Part shown: positions 1 through 13,920 of the stretch, in pieces
Numbering within the stretch: the first letter of the stretch is position 1
Layout: each line of letters opens with the position of its first letter
Origin: Octopus bimaculoides
Lineage: Eukaryota
Direction of reading: 5' to 3'
NCBI RefSeq assembly: GCF_001194135.2
Contig: NC_068982.1
Span: 119,123,784 to 119,187,783, forward strand
DNA length: 64,000 bases
Translations under genes and position numbers: made by a program
The notes under the pieces: model-generated
The model's input: the letters and a program-made list of their open reading frames with translations, nothing else
Told to the model about the DNA's origin: nothing
The model's database searches: none

Positions 1-249
1 TTTGAAGAGAATATCATTAAAAAATATCCATTTTCTTGAAAGTTAAGACACATTGAAATGGACTCCGGTGAATTTTCCGAAATTCGCCACCCCGCCCTCT
101 CCTAAAAGTTTCCCCCCCAAATTTTGTACATTCGGAATCTACATGACATCACACATATTCATTTAAAGAAATCCATTTTTCTGAAAGTTATGATCGTCGA
201 ATTTCAGCGGGGTGGAGTGGGGGCATAAATTTATAGGTATGCCATTAAA

Positions 250-652
250 GGCACGGCGAAGTTTACTCCCGTTTACGCGAACGCTGTAGTGGGATATTTA
301 AAACAACGGCTCTACCAAGAAGTAGCGGAAAACTATAGTGCTGAATTTAGAATGTATATTGAAAAGGCATGGAAGAGATACCTTGACGATTGTTTCATAA
401 TCTGGAGAGAATTCTAAATTCTCTGGAAGTGTTCCATATCCCCCCGAACAACCTATACCCATCTCTCCAATTTGCAAAGGAGATGAGTAGTACTAAATTA
501 CCACTCCTAGAGATAATGGTAATTAAAAAGGACAGCACCATTACCACATATATATACTACAAACACACCGCTACACATCACTACCTGAATTTTTAATTCG
601 TGCCTTCCACCACATACCAAACGCAACATCCCATACTGCCTAGCCAGAAGAA
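250..652 (+). mobile_element. Penelope-like retroelement reverse transcriptase fragment (frameshifted)
   Basis: Frame 1 reads GTAKFTPVYANAVVGYLKQRLYQEVAENYSAEFRMYIEKAWKRYLDDCFIIW (PLE RT motifs, YLDD catalytic). After a frameshift it reads NNLYPSLQFAKEMSSTKLPLLEIMVIKKDSTITTYIYYKHTATHHYLNF, then HHTKRNIPYCLARRI. Confidence 0.9.
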
Positions 653-666
653 TATATATATATGTT

Positions 667-697
<31 letters not shown>

Positions 698-2394
698 GTG
701 CATGATTGTGTGTGTTTGTGTGTGTGCATGCGTGTGCGTGTAAATGCGTGTAAATATATGTAAAAACTAAAATATTTTATAGAACAGGCAGACACTCTAA
801 CCTAGAATATATGCACAGGTTAGTCGATACAATGGGATCTAATTTATGATTCGTACTTTATGGAATTGAGTCCGAAAGTATTCTTATCTAGGGTTGCAAA
901 ATTTAGTCTACTAAAGCGTCTACTATATATTACTATTGACTATTTTATAGTAACGAACGATAAAGTGAACGCCATCGAGATCTGAACTATGTTCCTATAG
1001 GAATACAATTAATTCACTGCTCACCGCTAGCATCCCCATCAACTCTTCCACTCCACATATCTTCCTAATGATATTATGAGAATATAAATATTAACAATTA
1101 TGCTAATATTTTTACATTTGCTTTGTCATCATTTTTCTTAATGCCATATTAATTCTTAATTTTAGTTGTACTTTATCAATGTCAAAAGTTCGAGTAATAA
1201 TTAACTTGAACAAAAATAAAAACACAGAAAACGCATAGCCTCTCACCCTAATGTAATTACACAACACAACCGTTTTCATATTTGATGAATGAATTGGAAC
1301 ATGAAAAAAAGAAAAATATTAAAATCGTCAAACAGTGACTATAATAGTCAAACGTGTATATAGGAAAATATGGAAATTTACACGCATGTAAACACAGCGT
1401 ATGACGTGAAAACAACACACACATCATACACATCCAGGAATGTTATGCCCGAGTATTAATTTCAATTATAGAAGGAAGCACTCATATAGAAAAACTTAAT
1501 GGGTATACTGGAACACAGACACACTCCTTCCTGACACATACATGCATACATACAACCACATGTACAAAGAAAGATGGATGGATGTTTGAATGGTTGGGTA
1601 GTTGGTAAGTGATATTACAGAGATAAACAAGCCTCTATATCTCAGGTTAGCAGTACAGTGCTTGAAATTTGCGATATGTTCATAGATATCCTCTTTCGTG
1701 TTTTTTTCTAAATGTGTGTGTATGTGTATGTATGTTTGTCTGAGTGTCTGTGCGTGTGTGCGTGTATGCGCGTGGGTGTGTGCGTGTGTGTTCATGTGTG
1801 TGTGTGCAGGTGTGTATGTCTAACAGTGGAATAAATTGGTTTTTGGAGGTTTAAGTGAATTGCTACTATGATAGATGGGTAATTAGAGATAGATTTATAA
1901 AATACCTATTTGCTTATGCACACACACACCACACACCATACATACACATACAGAGGAGTATATATACGTACGCTTGTCACCTTGTATGATATATTATTGT
2001 TTTAATATGTATTGGTATGAATGTAAGTATACAACGATACATATGTATATGTGTATATAAATATACATGCATGTACATCCCCTTTTTCATATATTATATC
2101 TTTATTGACGATGGAAATATTATTAATATGTAAAAAAATCATTTTGCATATATATTCTTCGAGTTCGAATGCTTCAAAAACTCCCTACATAATTCCTAAC
2201 ACATATGAGAGTGATATGTTGAAACATATGTGAAATCTAAAGACGATCCAAAACCATCACCTTTTGAATCGGACATACAGGAAAACAACTTTTCGGACAC
2301 AAAAACTGGGACACTTTAGTATTCTGCCAATCGATCGCCTTGAAATGCCATGGTATTCATTGCCTTCAAAATGATGGAAAGGCACCTAACATTT

Positions 2395-2468
2395 GAGAGA
2401 TTCGAACTCACATCGCAACAGAGAAATAATTCAAAACAATTACATCCAACGCTTTAATGAGTCTACCA
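2395..2468 (-). other. Degenerate tRNA-Leu/Ser-like sequence or SINE head
   Basis: Minus strand has TAAAGCGTTGGAT...GTGAGTTCGAATCTC, resembling tRNA D-arm and T-arm (B-box) motifs. The cloverleaf is incomplete. Confidence 0.3.
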
Positions 2469-3118
2469 AATATGCAGGCGCTTATCATTAACTACATATT
2501 AAACATATTACTTATGACTTTGCGTGGACATGTATTCATAAGCACACTGTGTTCTATAGTGTGTACGTTTGTAATTGTATTTGCATGTATGTTTTAGAGA
2601 GCGAGAGACAGACAGACAGCCAGACTGTTATAGAGTTATTGCAACTATTTAAAACGAACATTTAGCTATATTCACTTTAAAAAATGTTGTCCCTCTATTA
2701 TACATAGTGATAACAGTCACTTGTCACATAACCATGCCCTCATATGTAGCATACTAATTAATTGTTGGAGGTTAGCTAACAACCTTTTTACTTAGGTTAC
2801 GTATATTTATCTTCTTAACATTGCCACTTTTGTTGCTTGTAGTCTACTTGAAAACTTTAAACCTCTCACTCTCATTGACGTCGGACGTAGAAGCTGCGTT
2901 AATGGAAAATTTGTATCACAGAAATTAATGTACGGAAAGTAAAGAATAAAATTCAGTTTTGCCATCTAAAAATATTTTATTTCAAACATTGGCAAACACA
3001 TAAAACGCTTTGGTGCGGGACCTTTGTCAATTTTCACGCAATCACAAAGAAACTAAAACATTTTTTTAAGCATTAAATAAAAATTAAATGCTTTCGCTGC
3101 ATATAAATGTTTACACAG

Positions 3119-3161
<43 letters not shown>

Positions 3162-3363
3162 NNNNNNNNNNCACACACACACACACACATGCACGCGCAG
3201 ACACGGACAAATACACACACGTACAAACAAAAATATTTGAAAAAAGAGGAATAACGGCAAAATGGAAACAAGGAAAAATGGAGTAGAAGATTATCCATCA
3301 GCCAAAATACTGTTTGCTTTTGGCAAACACTAATGCGTGTGCGCGTATGTATATGCGCTCGCG

Positions 3364-3413
<50 letters not shown>

Positions 3414-3829
3414 CGTGTCTGTGTTTGTGTGTAGATGTATATAAATGGCATGAATAATATGTTTTTAAATATTTATTTGTGCATTACAGGCTAGCAGCTA
3501 ATTCTAATTGCATTTGGTACGTTCATGTTTCAGTCAACTCGGGTGAGAGATTTGCCATCGTCTTCGGAGTCAAATACATCAACTGCCAAAATAGTTAAAG
3601 AAATGAGGATAGTAAGAAGAAAAAAAAAGTAAGGAAAGAAGTGGGTGGGGGGTTATTTGTCGATGTTTATATTTATAGAATTATATCACCTGCTTCAACC
3701 GTTAGCCTCAAGCTATTGTTATCTCTTACCATGGTTGGTAAGGTATGGATTCTCTGAATCCGTATCTTAAACTGCAAGTTTATACATATATGCAAATATA
3801 TATGTATACATATCCTTTTATTCTTTTCT

Positions 3830-4080
3830 TTTACATATTTTAGTCATTTTGACTGTCACCGTGTTGCAGCACCGCCTTAAAGATTTTTATTTTTTAAGTA
3901 AAAAATATCAGCTCCACGACTTAGTCTTTGTCAGCCTAGTACATATTTTCACTTTCCCTTTTGCCGAACCGATAAGTTACGAGGACGTAAACATGTCAGT
4001 AGCGGTTATGAAACAATGATAGGGAGACAAACATAGACGCAAAGACATACACACATAAACGCACACACGCACACACACAC
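3830..4080 (-). mobile_element. 3' half of a microsatellite-containing tRNA-derived SINE
   Basis: Matches 56601-56800 (gcaccgcctt...gcctagtac...gccgaaccg.taagttacg...gacaaaca). Confidence 0.8.
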
Positions 4081-4094
4081 ACGTGTGTGTGTGT

Positions 4095-5210
4095 GTGTAT
4101 TATACACCCTTATTAGGTGTATTATCGGGTATCATCAGGAAAAAGTAAGTATATTTTCCGGTCTTGAATTACGAAATAACTAATTTGAGGATTGTGTCTT
4201 GAAATGTTAAAATGTACACAACAACTTATTAGGATGCGGAGTTCATGTGATTAGATATTAAACGTTGAAATTTTGCTAATATTCATCGTTGAAATGTTAC
4301 TAAAACATCACAATGCGTTTGAAAAATATATTTAGAAAAGTTTATCGAAGGAAAATGGGATAACGACAAATGTAACTTATCATGAGGAGTATAGGTTACA
4401 AAGAATTAGATTGGGAAATGTAATGAAAGAAGGGATGAAAAGTTTGTTTACATTATACTAAGATAATGTTTTTTAGGAGTAATAAATAGAGAGAAATATT
4501 ATAATATGGTTATTATTTAGGATTTAAATGGTTTAGGATGTACTTTCCCGTGTTCTAACAAAAAACAATATTAGGTATGTAAAAAATATTAAGCATATAA
4601 AATCACTATATTGTATTTACTTAGGAGATGCGAAAATAATTAAAAGCCTGTGTTATAGTTTTGTTATTCCTTTAGGTCATGTTCTGTATTTATTATAATG
4701 CATAAGTAGCGTGTGTTCTACAAGAGAAACATGTCTATAAGGTTTAGGGATAATATGGATATATACATGCGCGTGTAGTTTTAAGTTTCATGTGTATATA
4801 AATTAAAAGTATCAGCAGTCATTGATGCTGGATTATAAGATATAAAATAAAAGATAAAATGTTCAATTAACAGCATTTATGTAAAAATAGCGGTTGTATT
4901 AAAAAAAAAATATAAATTAGTGGTTGTTTAATGGTAATTATATGTATATTCTATTTAACAATGTGATAGGTATTTTAGATTAATAATAAGAGTTTAGGTA
5001 ATTTTTAAATGGTATAATTACAAACTAAAGGGGACAATTGATTAAATATATACTTATATAATGGTATTAAATATGGCTTTAATGAATAAGTATACTATCA
5101 TCGTTGATTTAAAATCTTGGTTATATGGGTGTCCTTAATGTTGAACATTTTAAGTGGTGGAGTCCTGAATATGATGCTGAGAACTAATAGACAATTTCTT
5201 ATTTCAATGT
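4095..5210 (-). mobile_element. Probable PLE 3' region/pseudo-LTR with truncated hammerhead core
   Basis: Minus strand is T/C-rich like the PLE UTR at 54450-55150. It ends in CCTGATGATACCCG plus the hairpin ATAATACACC/GGTGTATAAT, cut off by (CA)n. Confidence 0.45.
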
Positions 5211-5328
5211 ATGTGTATACATGGACGAAAAAATTTGAATTTACCAAGATTATTTTACGAGTGTGATAGAAATATAATGAACCAAGTAGCTATTATATTT
5301 TTGCTTCTTCATTTTCATTTAATAAATT

Positions 5329-5378
<50 letters not shown>

Positions 5379-5384
5379 CATACA

Positions 5385-5518
5385 CGACGACTGACTTCTT
5401 TCATTTTCCGCCTAACAAATCCACTCACAAGGCTTTCAACGGCACGAGATACCACGCAATGGGACTGAACTTAGACCCATGTAGTTGGGAAACAAGCTTC
5501 TTACCACATAGTCACGCC
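5385..5518 (-). mobile_element. 5' (tRNA-like head) half of the same SINE family
   Basis: acaaatccactcacaaggcttt...gggactgaac...ttaccacatagtcac matches 56850-57003. Confidence 0.85.
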
Positions 5519-5520
5519 AG

Positions 5521-5611
5521 CATCTATATACATACATGCATACATACATACATACACACACACACGCACACACACATATATATATATTATATATATATTA
5601 TATATACACAT

Positions 5612-5644
<33 letters not shown>

Positions 5645-5725
5645 TAGACAGACAGATAGATAGATAGATAGATAGATACATAGATAGATAGATAGATAGA
5701 TAGGCAGATAGATAGATAGATAGAT
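5521..5725. repeat. Compound microsatellite (TACA/CA/TA/GACA/GATA)n
   Basis: Direct reading. Confidence 0.95.
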
Positions 5726-7573
5726 GTGTATGTGTGATGTATTTGCTCGCGCTCGTGTACATTCAAATTTGTAGTATAAGATATGGATTTATGAAATCAT
5801 AGAAAGCTCCTATAAACGACGTGGCTATCAGACCATATAATAATCAAATACAGGGATGTACAATGCAACGTGTCCATCCAGCAGAAATCCAAAAGGACCT
5901 AATCAATGAAATTATTTCGCGTGGGGTATACAAACCATAAATTTTCAGGATGTATGAGAGTGAAATATATTTGTTTAACCGCTTGATATTATTATGATAA
6001 CGGCTGTATAGTATACTATGCACTATATAACGCAATAGTATATTAACTCATTAATGCAAATAAAGAGAGCTAACCCATTCGTTTACCAAAGCAACTACGC
6101 ATATAAATTATTCCCTTTATATATACAATGTATGGAACCTCGAAATTAGCTTGGTTTGTTCAGCAACTATAAAGATACGCTGTTTCATATGAATGAAGGT
6201 GCTAAGTAGAAGCTCAGGGAATTAAGAATCCTTAATATTAAAAAGCAAGAAGGGATAAAGAGTGGAAGTAAAGTAGCTAAAGTAAATATATTAATAATAA
6301 AGATCTTAAAAAGTATATGAAATGATATATAACGGAAAAATATACACATATACGCGCAGGAGTGACTGCGTGGTAAGAAACTTGCATCACAACCACATCA
6401 TTTGGAATCAGCCTGACTCCAAAATGGTTTTATATGCCTTATTTCGGCCTCGGGGATAAAGCTGAAAAAGTGTGACACTGACATTCACATTTAGTATATT
6501 AGATTTGTTTCATTTATGGGAAACTGTATTTCAGTTAAAGTGTATTTTGTGTGTGTATGTGTGTGTATGTGTATGAAAATCGCGTGTAAAAACTGGTAGT
6601 GCCTGGGAAAAGAAAGCAAAAGATAGCCACAAAGAACTAAGTGATTGTCAAGGGGAGGTAAACCCCTAGCGGATATAGACAAATCGACGATTTCGGATGT
6701 TGATGCAGAACATCTTAATTCTTATGAGTGACACTTACCGCGCCTAGTGGTAAACTCAACACCTTTTGTCAGTCTTATAAGAAAACCGTTGGAACTCATA
6801 CGCTGATTACAAAACGGTAAAATTCTAAACTACAAAAAAATATGAGTGGCTTCTTAGCAATGTAACAACTTAAAGGCAAATTCATAGACATCACTAATAT
6901 GACAGAGGGTACTAATTAATACCTTCTGTGACTTCAGTTAAATTGGTAATAAGCCACCCATATTAATTTGTATATATATGTAAATTAATATGAATAGCTA
7001 GGTGCAATGTGATACCTTAAAGGAAAAATATAAACATCAGTAAACATGACTAAGGGTGTCAAGACATTTATATTTCTGGAAATAAAAGATGAAATGCTCC
7101 TAATGCTTTATGAAAAGCACATAAATATATATTTATATATATANNNNNNNNNNNNNNNNNNNNNNNNNNNNNNNNNNNNNNNNNNNNNNNNNNNNNNNNN
7201 NNNNNNNNNNNNNNNNNNNNNNNNNNNATATATATATATATATATATATAAACATATATATGCTGACAAATGGTAATGATTGTGAAAATAGATGCAATGC
7301 TGCGTAATATACTTTTTAATATAGTTGTCATAGAAACGGTCAAACAGGTGAATATTTTTTCGCAATATGTAAATATAGAAACAATGACAATGTACAGTTG
7401 TCCAATTTGATGGGGGTTTTTTCTTCTTCTTTTGTGATTTTTATAGGTTTTCGTTATGGTACTGGGTCAGAAATTGCGTATCACAAGTTTGTTAGCTTGC
7501 ATTGTGGATATGGATAATGGGGGAAACTGAAATACTGGTTCTTGCTAAATGGCATTTAATATTAAGCAAACAG

Positions 7574-7790
7574 AGAGCGGTGAGGTAGCAGAAACGTAAG
7601 CCCACCGGTCAAATTGCTTAGCGGCATCTCATCCGTCTCTACGTTCTGAATTCAAACTCCGCCGAGGTCGCCTTTGCCTTCCATCAATTCGTGTTTGATA
7701 AAATAAGTAGCAGTTAAATACCGGGGTCGATGTGATCGACTCGACTCTTCCGCAGACCTGGCTGGTTTTGTGCCAAAACTTGGAACTAAT
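7574..7790 (+). mobile_element. OK-like tRNA-derived SINE
   Basis: gagcggtgaggtagcagaa...acgttctgaattcaaactccgccgaggtcgcctttgcc...ttgtgccaaaa; same family as 58636-58850. Confidence 0.9.
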
Positions 7791-7944
7791 ATTAAGAGAA
7801 CAGAGCCTAGAGGATGTGTGCATGTAGGGTAGACACTAGATATAGCAACAATTGGTTTACGCGGGCTCATACACACATGAAGACACAGATATGTGCATAT
7901 TCATAAACACACTTACATAGAGAGAAAGACTGATAGATAGAGAA

Positions 7945-8029
<85 letters not shown>

Positions 8030-8070
8030 CAGAAAGAAAGAAAAAAGACAGGAAGAAAGAAAGCAAGAAA
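7945..8070. repeat. (GA)n/(GAAA)n microsatellite
   Basis: Direct reading. Confidence 0.95.
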
Positions 8071-8918
8071 GAATGAAAGCAGATAAGGCGTTACAAAGCT
8101 AGCCTATATCATACAATACACAGATATGTGTGTGCATATCCGTGTGTGAATGGATAATTTTACATAAAGAAAATGAGAAAGAATAAGAGAGATATACACA
8201 TGCATATACGAAAATGTATAATCTTCACAATTCAACAGGTGCATGTGGAACAGCGAAAAGGAAAACAATGACATATCCATTCATTCTTAATAAGTTGTGG
8301 CAGATTTGAACGTGAATGTCAGATCACTGTTGTTCAGTATTTTTAATCGTAATCCGAGGTTTCTTCCCTTAGAGCAATGTGTTTTCATAATACATGAAAT
8401 TCACCTGTGGTAGAGGACTAAGGAAATAAGTAATTTAAACTAATCAGTGTCGAAAGTTTTCGTTATTTAAATCAGCGTCAACTGAATTCTGATGAACTAT
8501 ATATGGTGAAACTCATCTGGCTAGTTTCTCATAAGAAGTTGCCTAAAATGAGTGATGGATCCAACAAACTTTCACACTGAGTTAATGTAATTAAAACATC
8601 TAGATAGCGCGCGCGCACACTAATACAGACACATAAATACATACATACATACATACATACAAACGTACATACATAAACATATACAATATGTATTAGTATA
8701 ACTCTCTATATATACATATTTATTATACATGTTGTATCGATATGCTAGTAATTAATGCGGAGCCTTCAACAGTATGGCTTCATTCACATGACATTCGCAA
8801 TCTTCTTTAGATTTTAATAAGCTTTTCACTGCTAGCAGTCAGTAGTGTGGAAACGAGATGTATCTGAATAGCGATTCACGTAGTATGACATGTACTCATA
8901 TACACATACATACATACA

Positions 8919-8952
<34 letters not shown>

Positions 8953-9165
8953 CATACATACACACATACATACGTATGTGTTTGTGTGTTTGTGTGTGTG
9001 TGTGTGTGTGTTTGTGTGTTTGTGTGTGTGTGTGTGTGTTTGTGAGAGTCTGTGATAGGATAAACAAGTCTTTGGAAAAGAAAAAAATAAGATCAGCGCT
9101 AATGCACATACATACATATATACATACACACACACTCACTCAACACACGAATACATACACACACA

Positions 9166-9211
<46 letters not shown>

Positions 9212-9946
9212 CATGAATGCATATGCTTGTGTATTTATGCGAGTATCAAAGACAGTGAATTCCTTCGTATGCTTCTTGCTCTATAATCATAAATTTTCGT
9301 TTACAAATATAAGCGTGTCATCGTATACGTCTACCTGCTGACGTTCATGTTTCGGTTTGTGTGTTACTATATACGTATATATATTCACAAATACAAACAT
9401 ATAGATACCCACACACAAAATAGGCGCACAGACGCACACTCACGCACACTAACTCACATACGCACACACAACACACACATACATAGACACACACAAACAC
9501 AGGCACACATTGATATAAGATGCGCTGGCTTGTTGGTGTGCCAATACACAGGTGCGCAGTAGGTTTACGACGTGTCCTACATATGCACATACTAACCAGT
9601 ATATTCTCATACACACACATATATACAGGGACAAAGAGAACATAGAGAAGATAGAGCACCCAAGCCAAATACGTATCGGTGTGTTTGTTTGCATGTGCGT
9701 GCTTCTGTGTGTTTGTGTGTGTTCATGTGTATGTGATTGCGTGTCTGTGTGTGTGAAATTTACACAGAGTGGAAAACAAAATCAGAAACTTCCGTACACA
9801 TATGAAAAATATAGAATCTATGCAAATAAACAAATATACGTCGATAGTGTACACATGCGCATACATAAACGCATCAGAGATATGTAGATACATACATATA
9901 CACACACACATATATATGTGTGTATACATATATATGTATGTGTGTA

Positions 9947-9979
<33 letters not shown>

Positions 9980-11326
9980 TACAAAAAGCGGACATCTTCA
10001 CATAGCGAGGCTATGTTGTATGCACACTCGGAAGAATATCAAATACACGCATTTATATATATTTTTTTATAACTAAATTGACCAAAAACACAGTGTCTAA
10101 TGAGTACCTCATATTCCCCTCCATTTTCTTATTGCTATATACATTTAGGGTAAAATAACCGCCTTTTAACCAAACCCACTTATTGCACTTCGTATAACAC
10201 TAGTGTAACAATAATTGGGTACACTCCTAGCAGCATATAGGATAGATATTATCCCTTAGTGGGTTGGACCCTCAACCCCTAATTCTCTTGGGTATACATA
10301 TATNNNNNNNNNNNNNNNNNNNNNNNNNNNNNNNNNNNNNNNNNNNNNNNNNNNNNNNNNNNNNNNNNNNNNNNNNNNNNNNNNNNNNNNNNNNNNNNNN
10401 NNNNNNNNNNNNNNNNNNNNNNNNNNNNNNNNNNNNNNNNNNNNNNNNNNNNNNNNNNNNNNNNNNNNNNNNNNNNNNNNNNNNNNNNNNNNNNNNNNNN
10501 NNNNNNNNNNNNNNNNNNNNNNNNNNNNNNNNNNNNNNNNNNNNNNNNNNNNNNNNNNNNNNNNNNNNNNNNNNNNNNNNNNNNNNNNNNNNNNNNNNNN
10601 NNNNNNNNNNNNNNNNNNNNNNNNNNNNNNNNNNNNNNNNNNNNNNNNNNNNNNNNNNNNNNNNNNNNNNNNNNNNNNNNNNNNNNNNNNNNNNNNNNNN
10701 NNNNNNNNNNNNNNNNNNNNNNNNNNNNNNNNNNNNNNNNNNNNNNNNNNNNNNNNNNNNNNNNNNNNNNNNNNNNNNNNNNNNNNNNNNNNNNNNNNNN
10801 NNNNNNNNNNNNNNNNNNNNNNNNNNNNNNNNNNNNNNNNNNNNNNNNNNNNNNNNNNNNNNATATATATATCTTTCAATTACATGCGTTCTTGTCTAGT
10901 ATGTTTGACGATGTTAGTATGTTGCTCATATTAGAAATCAAAGAATTTAACTATAAATGTGGCACTAAGTGACTATTAGACATTCTGGCTGAATGTAAGA
11001 TATGTAACCAAACGAAAAAAAAAACGCAAATGAATATCTATGATTGGTGTTAGAGCCCTATGAATCTACAATCGTTGCTGAATAATACCTCTTCCATGGA
11101 GTATCATATCTTTCCCTCTCATCAAGGAACATAAGTGAATATTGATGTGTGAGGATAGAGAAATGAGTCAGTTTCATCATCCAGGCTACCGATAAAACTT
11201 TGCTTGTCTATGGGACCTACTTTTACAGTGATGTTACATACGCGTAGATCAGTGAATAATTTCACTGGAAAAAGTTATATATATATTTGCAAAGGAACGT
11301 CTTTCTCATCGAAGGTCGGCGGTTGT

Positions 11327-11371
11327 CGTACGCTGAAGACGGGTAAATACCCAGAAACTCGAGTCCGTACG
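11327..11371 (+). ncRNA. Minimal type I hammerhead ribozyme (PLE-type)
   Basis: Stem I CGTACG/CGTACG; core CTGAAGA 11333-11339; stem II C-GGGT-AAAT-ACCC-A; GAAA 11354-11357; stem III C-TCGA-G with palindromic tetraloop; GUC site 11363-11365. The only defect is a C10.1/A11.1 mismatch. Confidence 0.85.
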
Positions 11372-12047
11372 TATCGCAGATTGAGATGGGAAGGATGACT
11401 TCCCTTTGAAAATATATACAGGACACAGATGTGTGTTGATAGCCAGCTGGCGGAGATGTTCTCCTGGGGCTGAAAGCAACAGTAACATCCACCCTTAGGG
11501 GTCAGCCACATTTAAGTGGCAAATATACTTCACCTTATTTATNNNNNNNNNNNNNNNNNNNNNNNNNNNNNNNNNNNNNNNNNNNNNNNNNNNNNNNNNN
11601 NNNNNNNNNNNNNNNNNNNNNNNNNNNNNNNNNNNNNNNNNNNNNNNNNNNNNNNNNNNNNNNNNNNNNNNNNNNNNNNNNNNNNNNNNNNNNNNNNNNN
11701 NNNNNNNNNNNNNNNNNNNNNNNNNNNNNNNNNNNNNNNNNNNNNNNNNNNNNNNNNNNNNNNNNNNNNNNNNNNNNNNNNNNNNNNNNNNNNNNNNNNN
11801 NNNNNNNNNNNNNNNNNNNNNNNNNNNNNNNNNNNNNNNNNNNNNNNNNNNNNNNNNNNNNNNNNNNNNNNNNNNNNNNNNNNNNNNNNNNNNNNNNNNN
11901 NNNNNNNNNNNNNNNNNNNNNNNNNNNNNNNNNNNNNNNNNNNNNNNNNNNNNNNNNNNNNNNNNNNNNNNNNNNNNNNNNNNNNNNNNNNNNNNTTTAC
12001 TCTGTGTCTAATATATACATACGTATATGTACATACTTACATCTATA

Positions 12048-12123
<76 letters not shown>

Positions 12124-12239
12124 CATGCATATGTGGGCACATGACGTCACGAGACGTGTACAGAAAATTAGTACGAAGCACGAGTGCATGGAACATGAAA
12201 TGTTCTTGGGAACAACGAATGACACAAATGGGAAACAAA

Positions 12240-12403
12240 AGACGGGCTTATTTTGGCTTCCTTTACCAAATCCACTCACAAGTATTTCGTCGGCCTGAGA
12301 TTATCGTAGAAGACACTCTCCCAAGTTGCCACATAGTGGGACCGAACCCAGAACCATGTGGTAGGGAAGCAAGCTACTTACCGCACAGCCACTTCTGTGC
12401 CTA
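12240..12403 (-). mobile_element. 5' half of microsatellite-containing tRNA SINE
   Basis: gacgggctt...accaaatccactcacaag...gtagaagacact...ttaccgcacagccac, as at 56850-57003. Confidence 0.9.
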
Positions 12404-13499
12404 TTACCCCACAATCTCCAGTTCTTTGGCAACATCTTTCACTGTTTTAATATCATGCAAAAATGGAAAATAGATAGATAGATAGGTAGATAGATAGATA
12501 CTGGGATATATGTGTAGATACAGGTAAAGATGAAGTGTCGAATTTGTGATACATGTGGTCAAAAACTGTGATGGGTTGAGCATCAATACATCCGATGTGT
12601 TTGTTCCTGTTTTTCCTACCTTGCTTTGCCACTCATCCCGTGTGTATGTGTGTTCGGAGTGCGCGTGCACGATTGCGGGTGTGTGCGCGTGCACGATTGG
12701 GGGTATGTGTGCATGTGTGAATGAATGAATGTATAATCGGAGCCGAGTAGCAGTCGAAGGCTAATTCTCAAATACTTCAGTTTCTTAACAATGTAAAATT
12801 GCATTTAACATTTTAATACCTATTTCTTATTTTTTAAATCTAAAAGGAGATAACTATCAATAACTTTGTCAGAAACTTTTTTCGTGATTGAATCAGTGTG
12901 AACCTTAGTGTGAAAGTAGATTGAACATGTTAGAATATATAAATGGAAATATGTAACATTCGTCAAATGAAGGTGAAACGAGAAACCGCGACTTCAGTGC
13001 ATAGATCAACGTGCTTATATGTAAGTTTTCTTTAAATGTTGATCTCTAAAGTTAAATCTCATTCGTCAAACTCAAAACTTCTTACGTAAAACTTTAATGA
13101 CAATCCGACTGAAATGAAAAATTACTTTAGTACTCAGCGAAAGAATTTAATTAAAACCGAAATAAGTCTGCTTAATTCCAAAAGATAGAAGTTAGATGAG
13201 AAGAAAACTAATAGAAAAGCAGAAAATATCTGGAGAATTTTCAATGAAATTTTAGAAATAATAAAAAGAAAATTAGTCCATTTCCATAATACCAAAAATA
13301 AAAACAGAAAATGAAATAGAGAATAATATTTTTATTATTTAGGAGAGTTTATTCGGGATTTTGTATTTGCTTTTAATATTTTCTGTTATAATTTCTTTCG
13401 ATTTAGTGACGAATAAGTTTTGAAATATGTTATCCACACACTATCTTAACATCTTTGTCTCTATCTCATCTACACACGCATAGGTCTGAAGAAACTCGC

Positions 13500-13920
<421 letters not shown>

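Noticed and set aside
1-240. Imperfect direct repeat (atccatttt..gaaagtta at ~27 and ~171) with G/C-rich motifs
   Set aside because: Probably the end of a repeat cut by the window edge; cannot be classified.
4100-5210. Possible mitochondrial insertion (nad5-like LGxxGLG look-alike near 4510)
   Set aside because: No sustained frame; the composition and terminal CTGATGA motif fit a PLE UTR better.
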